The notes below the pieces were generated by a model. It was not told where the DNA came from. It did no database searches and was given only the letters and a program-made list of their open reading frames with translations. A stretch of DNA of 61,830 nucleotides, filler included, from Choristocarpus tenellus KU-1152 (Eukaryota > Protista > Phaeophyceae), in NCBI GenBank assembly GCA_964200185.2. It is 11 parts of 11 records of this genome, joined end to end, with 100 filler letters (N's around TTAATTAATTAA, not from the genome) between each part and the next. Parts side by side here need not be neighbours in the genome. Positions count along the whole stretch, not along the records: positions 50,536 to 61,830 come from CAXNAD020002403.1; 10 more parts are not named here. One strand, written 5' to 3'. The translations under genes were made by a program, and so were the position numbers. Below are positions 53,721-61,830 of this stretch, piece by piece (position 1 is the first letter of the stretch; each line of letters starts with the position of its first letter).

Positions 53721-55571
53721 TTTAACAAGGTGTTTCGTTTTTTTCTTGAGGTAGGTTGTGTATGAACTATATATATATATATATTCATTATTTTTCTACC
53801 AAGTACAAAGTACTACTTAGAAATTACGACAATGTCGGAAGTAGTACTCACAAGTTTGAAAGGCTGCGTCTTTACGCGAGTCTGAATGAGTTCATATACA
53901 TCGCACTTGATGACCAAAAGCCTACCATGTCGAGTTTCAACTACAGAGCTTGAATAGGTAAGTGAGCCTTGGTTTGAAGAGGTTCTTTCACAAAACAAGA
54001 TGTGCGCCTGAGCAAGGTTGGCTGTGATAATTGGATTCTTTGTGGAAATATGGAAGGTAGAACATTTCAAAGTCCGCCAAGCACAACTTCACTCATAACA
54101 CGCTGTGCGTGGAAAAGTGACTGACTGTACAAGACAAATTGATTTAGTCCCTCCCTTCACGTTCTCTGCCAACCAAGGGGGGAATACTCCCCAATAATGC
54201 ATAAAACGTTGAGCCAAAGGAATTGAGAAGTAGGCAGGGTTGCATTTGAAGGATCCCGAGAAAGGGAAAACATTTTTTTTTTTGTACAACTGCAACTGCA
54301 CAAAGTCTTAGAGCCTTGGCTGAATTGTGGTGTCACTTTGTGTGTGGAAAGGGGGAATATCAATCTTGCACACACTATAGTGCACATAAAGCAATGGTAT
54401 GGAGTGTATTGCATAGGGTAAGAAAGATGGCTTGGAACTCATTAAGGTTCAAACCTGCCTACCTCTCAATTGGTTTGGCTGATGCACACGCACCTTACAG
54501 TGTGGAGTATGTTAGATTCACAAAACTATTTGAGGCTACATTTCATTGTGTTTTGAAGTATCAAGATGAGGTTTTGACATTGTGGACGGATGGTTGATAA
54601 TAAATCCATTCAAAACGCAGTAAATAGCTGCTTATCATCAAAACTTGGAATCGAAACGTTTAAAATCTTGATAAGTCCCCTTGGTTATAGACTACCATAA
54701 TTGGATATGGATGATAGGCTACTCAATAGACTCGAAAAGCAACATCCATTCTCAATGAACGATGGTTTGTGTTCACAGTAGTGTTCATACTAGTATTCTT
54801 CGATTGATTTGATATTTGGTTGGGTGGGACCATGTACACTCTGTGGTTTCACCTGAATTTAACTAGAATATTCCTGCCAACTACAACGGTAAGCCAGTAA
54901 TCAACAAAGCAGATTAAAATATAATAAAATGTTTGGTATATTGCGATCTTTTCCATTTCTTAAAATATGTATTAGAAATGAATTTGTCGGAGTAACAATA
55001 TCTCTATCTCTTCCGAACCTGGCGCCCTAATCCTTCCCCCAAAAAATTTAGTCTGTCTTTTCTTATGTCCACTTCATTCCTAGCCTCTACACCTCCACGC
55101 CTCACATTCCATTAGCTTTCTCACCTACCAGATCTGGGTTTGAGCTTTCCAAACTTCAACCTTTCGTACATCCTCCCTTATTCCCTTCCTTCTCGTCTTG
55201 GGAACGTCAGGTGGATTACCCGTCAAGGATGGCAAATTCTATTGGGCACAAAATTCAGGTCACTTCATAAATTTTCACAGAAAATAAAAGTTAGAAATAG
55301 TAACAATTTTTTTTGTTGATGTGTATCAAAAAGGTAGAAAATAGGTTTAGAGTAAGACTGGAAGGGGGGGGGGTCGGACGATATGTGTAATATTTATGTA
55401 GTTCTTCGAAGTGGTAGTTGATAGGTAGTACTGAAAAAAATAAAAAAAAATGGAAATGGGTGCCTCCCAATCCCAAAACTGTTTACAGTTTCTTTCTATT
55501 GACGATGAGGGGGGAAAAAAAGCGAAAAAACTAGACTAAGTTCTATGTAACATTGTTTCATTTCTCTTATT

Positions 55572-55948
55572 GGTTCAAAGTATCTGGGGGGGGGGGTGGC
55601 GGCTGTCCATTTGGGTCCAATTTTTCGTTGTCACGATTTTTGGGTGATTCGGTTGCATACGTCGAATGGATAATGTAAATGCACTTTTCCTTCTTTTGCC
55701 TCAGCTGGACACCCTGGCGTAGACCGCCGCCCCCATCCAGATACTTTGGGTCATTACACATCTGAGTCAGAGGATCAAAGTATTATGAGGGGGGGTGGTG
55801 GTTGTCCATTTGGGGTCAATTTTTCATGTCGCGATCTTGGAATGATTTGGTTGCGTACATCGGATGAATAATGGAAATGCACTTTTCCTGATTTTGGTCC
55901 AAATGGGCACCCTGGTATAGACCCCCCCCCCCTCAGATACTTTGGGTC
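55572..55948. mobile_element. Two tandem MITE family A copies (55572-55752, TSD ATT; 55772-55948)
   Basis: Both have CAAAGTAT...ATACTTTG TIRs and the same interior, in the same orientation, 19 bp apart. Confidence 0.85.
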
Positions 55949-57679
55949 ACAGCATACCATTTGTAAATTGGTGGGGTGGTCATCCCTGGTTATGGAAGCA
56001 ACGTACAGAGGAAAGGGATGAGCTGAGATGTTATTCCGTGATCAGCAATGTGATACCACAACTGTAAATCAAATTGTTCTGAACATATACCTCTACAATA
56101 TCAGACCAGAGTAGTATTGAATCGATTCAATGGTTGTGGTCGTATGTTTTTGGTGATTAATGTGTGATTAAGTGAATTGAAAGTATGATTCAATAGTGTT
56201 GTGGTCAGGTGGTGATGATGATGTGTGTAATTGAATCTTCAAGTCCACTCTTTGTTCTCATGTATGTTGTTGAAGTGATGTCGCCGATGAACTGGACGGT
56301 ATTGCGTAGTCATCGAGGGCACACGTCGATTGCGATCATGGGTGGTAAATGGCATTCCCGAAGTTCAACACAAGAAGATACAACACGAATCACTCATTCA
56401 CCTGATGATGTGCAATCAGGGCGAGCCTCGCTCTCAAGTGAAGTTGTTTTTGAGAGGAGGAGAGGATACTAACAACTTGAAGCAAATATTATCTCGTAGC
56501 CATCAAACTACTGTTGTTCGCAATGAGGCAGGATGACTTGATCAGAAAAATACCGTAATCCCTGAAGATGAAAGCGAAAGTAAGTGAGGTGACGGTAGAC
56601 CCTAGAAATATTCTTGAGTTTACCGCGCGACTGGATGCCCTCGAAATCTGTTAAGAGTTGTGCACATATGTAACCATGACATTGATAGGTTCTAAAGGGG
56701 GACACCTGAACTTCTGGTTCTCCCCCCATCAACACAACGAAATTGTTTTTGGTGAAACAAAATATTGTTCACCAATAGTATCAAGGACTTCTACGACGCC
56801 TCTAACTCCCTATGTTCATGTACTCCTCTATCTCATAAGTCTGTATATTGTTATGTTTTTTGTGGGTAACATTTCCAAATGTGATACTCAGAAATAACAG
56901 TAAATATCGTTCGAAACTCAACAACTTCGACTTGCACATAGATATCTTCAAAACATTTCTTCATTTCGAAATGGTGGAGAAAACCCTCCCCTGAACACAA
57001 CCTTTTTTTTTCGGAAATAATGGCAAATTTAGGAAAAAAGAAAAACCGGTCAAAAATTACTGGAAATGATGGTTAATCGCCCATAACGTCTCAACGAGAT
57101 CTCCAATGAAGACACGGTTAGTTGCGTCGGATTTCTTGGCGTGTTTTGCATTAAAGCAAATCCTCGTTACTCTCATTCTCTCCATCAATCCACCAAGTTT
57201 GGCAATTGACAGTCAACGCGCGGTCATGGGTTGCAGACACTATTCGTAGGACGACAAAAATGCGTACCTAGAAAAAAGGTGGGGGGTGCTATCAAAGAAA
57301 AAGATTCAGGACATCCGCAATGAGATTGTATAACTTTTGTGGAGGAAGGTCCAGGAGGAGAAGGCAAGGGGCAATGTGTCGGATAAGTAGGAGTGGGAAG
57401 GGGATATGTAGGATAACTACCAGAAAACCAAGAGAAGGTAGGCATCGAGCGGACCTTCTATTAGTGTACAGCAAGATCCATTAGTTCTTTGTGAACTCCT
57501 CACCTGATACTGGTGACTTTCGCTGTCAAAATTTCCATACATTCTACAACCTGTATTGATTCAGGTTGAAGTCATCAGTTATTCATAACAATAATTAACT
57601 ATTACTACTTCTATTAATAATAATGCATACATCTCACATTTTCATGGTGTATCAAGGGTTCCAATCCACAAACCTCCTG

Positions 57680-58560
57680 AATATCCTGGGTATTGCAGGG
57701 GACAAGGACGGATATCTTAAGGCTTGGACACTGAGCTTCATGGGTACTAACAACGACTTCAACAGTGTAAACCATCTCCATCGCTGATGCTGAATTCAAG
57801 GCAGCGATAGAAGCTCAGAAGGAGATGGCCAGGTGTTCCTTGCAAGGACTCAAAGATAGGTTCAGCAAGGTGAAGATCCTTGTTACATGGTCGATATTCG
57901 TGCCCCGGGGTTTTCCATCGTTGGATGTAGATGGTAGTGACTTTAGTGAAGAAGACCTTCGTACAATTGCTGATCACTTTGCTGCAGCGCGCTCACGATA
58001 TCCACCTAGCTTTTGTCAGCAGAGAAATGCTCCTTACATTGAGTCCTATGAAGCCTAAGCCATGCACGATGTCCTACAAAGGGGTGATATTCGCAATCTC
58101 TCGCTCAGTATTAGAACTACTGCACCCCACCCAACCCCTAATTCTGACCCGTGGGGTAGAGCTAGTACCAAATCCCATCTTACATGTTTTCCACAGTTTG
58201 AAGCCTGGTACCCCACTTGCATTGTGTCTGAACTGAGTCTGAACTGAGTAGATGAATCAGCGGAATAGGGCACACCACAAGAAGAGAAGAATCGGTGAGA
58301 AAATTGGACAGGCTAGTCAAGGCACGCATGACCTGACCGCACACTTCTGTGGGCTGTGACATATGGTTTTCTCATATGAACAGGGCATATATCAAGACTC
58401 GCAGAAATATCCGCTCTATATTCGTACAACAGAAGTTCTCATGCAAATATCTCTTGCCAAGCAGCTCTCGAGTTGATCTTCAGGGCTCACACCTTACATG
58501 ACTTCCTCACTCAAGCTATTTATAGGTGGAAGGATCATCGAAAACTAAGATCGACCCAGG
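57680..58560 (+). mobile_element. Decayed hAT-type transposase C-terminal region
   Basis: 'LQGLKDRFSKVKILVTWSIFVPRGFP...FSEEDLRTIADHF' resembles the ZNF862-like hAT segment. It is followed by 'KYPLYIRTTEVLMQISLA / AALELIFRA', resembling a broken hATC dimerisation motif. Frameshifted. Confidence 0.5.
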
Positions 58561-58651
58561 CACGACTGGAGGAGGATATATGAGAAATTAGTGGGTCTAG
58601 GGGTGGTGTTGGGGATAAGGTGGGTGTTAAGGGTGCGGCGGGGACCACTGT

Positions 58652-59019
58652 GTAGAATATTTCGTATTAGCTTTGTTGAATATATGATTTTATAGTGCAT
58701 CATGTACATATATCAATATATATATATATATGGATCATTTTTAGCATGATATCTCCCCAGCAGATAGGACCACATGCAATTTCAATATGTATCTCATGTA
58801 TTTCATCACAAACAATGAAAAATAAAAAGGATAGGGTGGGGATAATTTTGTAGAATATTTCGTATTAATTCTATTGGATTTATTATTGTATAGTGCATCA
58901 TCTATATTATCAATATATATATTTGTATCATTTGTTCCATGATATCTCCACAGCAGGGAGGACCACATGCAATTTCAATATATATATCTCGTGTACTTCG
59001 TCACAAACAATGAAAAATA
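58652..59019 (+). repeat. Local tandem duplication of about 175-200 bp (58652-58825 and 58850-59019)
   Basis: Both copies contain gtagaatatttcgtatta..tatagtgcatcat..catgatatctcc.cagcag..ggaccacatgcaatttcaatat..tcacaaacaatgaaaaata. Confidence 0.85.
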
Positions 59020-59135
59020 GACAGGCTAATCTAACCCTAGCATTCTCCCTCTTAACCCTCTAGACAATCGAAAATAGCAAGCAGTAGTATCCCTAGTAGA
59101 TTTTTTAGAAAGCAGTATAGAAGTAGTGATGTTAT

Positions 59136-59388
59136 GTCCAAGAATTTTAAGAGGGTAGGAGCTTTGCCCTGTTTGTCTGTTTGAGGCTTGACTTCCCACT
59201 TTTATTTTTAGCCCTTTTTCGGTTTTCTGTGTGAATACAGTTACCTACCCCGAAACATTTCAGACTATGACTATGAAACATGTGTCCGGGCAAGGATATT
59301 GACACTATTTGCTAACAAACACGATAGCCAAAATTCACCAAAATCGCAGCATTGGATTTATGACCCAAACGGACGCGGGCCTACCTTG
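59136..59388. mobile_element. Degenerate MITE family B copy
   Basis: Shares 'aagagggta..tttgccctgtttgtc', 'ctaacaaacacgatagccaaaa' and 'aaatcgca.cattggatttt' with the other B copies. The right TIR is eroded. Confidence 0.7.
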
Positions 59389-60000
59389 TTAAATGCATTG
59401 GGTCGGATGAGGATATGTCACCCCACCTCTATAAGTTGAATTATCTGTTGTATTAGTTGAATATAACTTGATATCACCCATGATGCCCATTGTCCTTTCG
59501 CCTCCTTCCTCGAATCTGGTGTGTACTACCTCCACTAACATAAATGAATCTTTGCCATCACAATCCATGTGGTTTACTTCAAGAGAGTAAGCTATGTACT
59601 TCTTATGTATTCCATCAAGAAGAAAGCTTGACCTGTACTGCCAGGACTCGAACCTGGACATTCTCCAGATGGAATGTGGACGAACAGCCACCTAAAGTAT
59701 ATCGAGAACACAAAAAATAAAATGTACTTGCCGCGCGCTTCCTGTATCATCCACTCTTTCGCGCGTACGGCGTCGCACGGCAATTAGAACAAAGATTTGG
59801 TGACAAACTGTCATTATTGCTGTTCCTATACTTCTTTTCTGTTGTTGACTTTGATATGGGTGAGGAGCCTGCCAAATTGAAGGTGCTTTGTCATTTGGCA
59901 CACTGTCTATAGCAGGTACTTGTAAGACCCCTGTATGCGTAAGTTTCTGAACTCACTATCGTGTACATAGGTTGGGAGGTTTTGGTTATTTCATAGAAAC

Positions 60001-61770
60001 ATGTTGCATAACTTCTTGAAGCTATGTTTCATGATTACTGCTGCAATCGCGGCATCACACCGAACACTTCCTGAGAAATATGGAGCGGTGGCTCAAACTG
60101 AAGAGACGGAAAATGCCGGGCTTCTACTGAAATGGGAAAACCTTAGCTTCAGCATTGCTAAGAAATCATCCAAGGACTGCTTAAGGTGCCTACAAAGTTG
60201 ACTTCCATCCCTCGAGTTGAATCGTCCCTTTACTCAGGTGCACGTTACGCCTTACATGTGCCTGATTTACCTGTTGGTATGGTAGCCATCCTAATATTTT
60301 CTTCCCTTCTTGTAGCTTCTACCGCCCTACCTGCTGTCATCTGCCGTCTTTTCTTATGTTGTTGGAGGGACTGGCTCCTTTTTCCCATCGCTTGACGATA
60401 TATGAGACGCTCGACCCCTGCATCTCCCAAGTGTTGTAACCTCTACTTAAGGTCCCACCGCACCTCTTTAGGACGTGTCCATGAGATACTTTCGACCTGT
60501 GGCTACGCTCACGTGCTGTCCCCCGTTTTATTGTTATGACTACTTTGTAAAAGTCACTCCACCCCTTTCATAGAGTATCTTCTACGCTTTCTCTTTTGTA
60601 TAACAACACTGTGTGTTAGTCCGATCCTCCTTCCAATGTACCTTACCAGTATGATTCTCTGTGGTTCTGTACTCTCTTCACCAGTCTCGCCTATTGGATC
60701 TACAGTACCTAACATTATCTAGTGTAGGTTCTGACTGTGTGGTGCCTCTCCATGCTTCTTGCAACGCATTGAAATCCCTTCCCTTATCGTGTTAGTTCCT
60801 TATCAATCGGTTCAATAATCTCAACATCCGGGCTTACTCCTTGTAATCGAAGACTTTTGACTTCTCGTGGAGTGAAGTAATCGCCAATGCAACAATGTCC
60901 AACACGTCGATGATATTTATCACTAGGAGCCTTTCACTGCCTCCACTCAACTCGCCCTTTGCTGCCTCTCTAAACAAAACCCTATTCGATCTATCGTTTG
61001 CCGCTCAGCTCCATGTCTCCACGACCCTGGATGATGTTTCTTAATACTGTACTGCTGCATAGTAAAACATTTCGATCTGTTGAGAAGAAGGAAGAAGACA
61101 AACTATCAATGTGGTGTGCAGTACACTGAAGTGCAATGACCCACATATTTGACACTTTTCCCAGCCCTGACCTTATCCATGATTCCAATTCCAGCCCTTG
61201 ACCATAAGCTGTCCCTAGCCTTACGCCCTACTCATAACTCTGTTCCTTCCCAAACTTAGCCCTATCACAAAACCTTGGTCTTACATCCATGCCTACCCTT
61301 CCCCTCCATTTCATCATTTAAAACCCTAAATTGCCCACGCTGTGTGTATGTACGTACAATGTGAATTAATGGATCGATGGGTGGTTGGATGGGTGTTCCT
61401 TAAGGCGAGGTCATGTGCTGCAGGATGTGAATGGACAGGCGTTGCCGGGTCGTCTCCTGGCCATTATGGGCCCCAGCGGGAGGTACAAACATATTGCAAA
61501 GAGACTGACGTGCACAACCAACATGCTACTTTTTGCATATGAAAAACACAGTTGTGTGAGACCCACCATCGTCCACCATGACTCCTACCTTCTTCAACTC
61601 ACTCCACATTGCCATCCCACTTACTACAACACCCCGCCTGTATGCCCGGATGCAGTGGGAAGTCCTCTCTCCTCAATGCACTGGCAGCACGTGTGCCAGC
61701 ATCAAAAAGCATCACCCTCACTGGGTCTGTTGATGTTAATGGGATTTCTCTGGATGAGCTTGACAAGCAG
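60001..61770 (+). CDS. ABCG (White-type) half transporter, ABCG7-like; 5' exons
   Basis: Exons are 60001-60185 (MLHNFLK..LKWENLSFSIAKKSSKDCL), 61405-61482 (RRGHVLQDVNGQALPGRLLAIMGPSG) and 61656-61770 (SGKSSLLNALAARVPASKSITLTGSVDVNG). Walker A GPSGSGKS is restored by splicing, and the NBD-first layout with W-x-N-L-S is typical of ABCG. Confidence 0.92.
60400..61200 (-). mobile_element. Possible decayed LINE (APE endonuclease) fragment inside ABCG intron 1
   Basis: Minus-strand 'GRDFNALQEAW' (about 60785-60750) matches the APE motif GGDFNAHHxxW. The surrounding frames are broken. Confidence 0.4.
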
Positions 61771-61830
61771 GTGGCCTGCCCTTTCTCCCCCCCCCCCCTG
61801 TTGCTTACACATGTTCCTCACTACCAAGCG

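Noticed and set aside
1-61830. tRNA, rRNA, viral (NCLDV) or prokaryotic defence genes
   Set aside because: No such motifs recognised by eye; tRNAscan, Infernal and HMM searches were not available.

Overview
This is eukaryotic nuclear DNA, most likely a brown alga or related ochrophyte. That call is inferred from GT-AG introns of about 0.2-2 kb, a bipartite plastid-targeting-like leader, TTAGGG motifs and the TE types. The window is not continuous: it holds 11 contigs joined by ten artificial 100-nt linkers (N44-TTAATTAATTAA-N44), so nothing can be inferred across them. The ORF track is mostly noise because the real genes are spliced. Manual splicing gives: (1) a tropinone-reductase-like SDR (2 exons); (2) a 3-exon fragment of an unknown protein; (3) an exon of a CIA30/NAD(P)-binding protein; (4) a TRAM-domain, [4Fe-4S] TrmA/RlmD-type RNA m5U methyltransferase head-to-head (199 bp) with (5) a complete 5-exon TRM10-family tRNA methyltransferase; (6) an unknown gene with 17- and 20-nt micro-exons; (7) a PHD-like finger gene; (8) the 5' end of an ABCG transporter. 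The rest is a TE landscape: a frameshifted Ty3/Gypsy gag-pol, an older Gypsy relic, CRE-like and APE-type LINE relics, hAT and possible Tc1 relics, and about 11 MITEs of three related families sharing a CAAAGTATCT terminus. I see no unmistakable novel system. The best leads are the divergent RNA-methyltransferase pair, an ABCG intron flanked by a 7-bp direct repeat and filled with a LINE relic, the shared-terminus MITE group, and the PHD-like gene.
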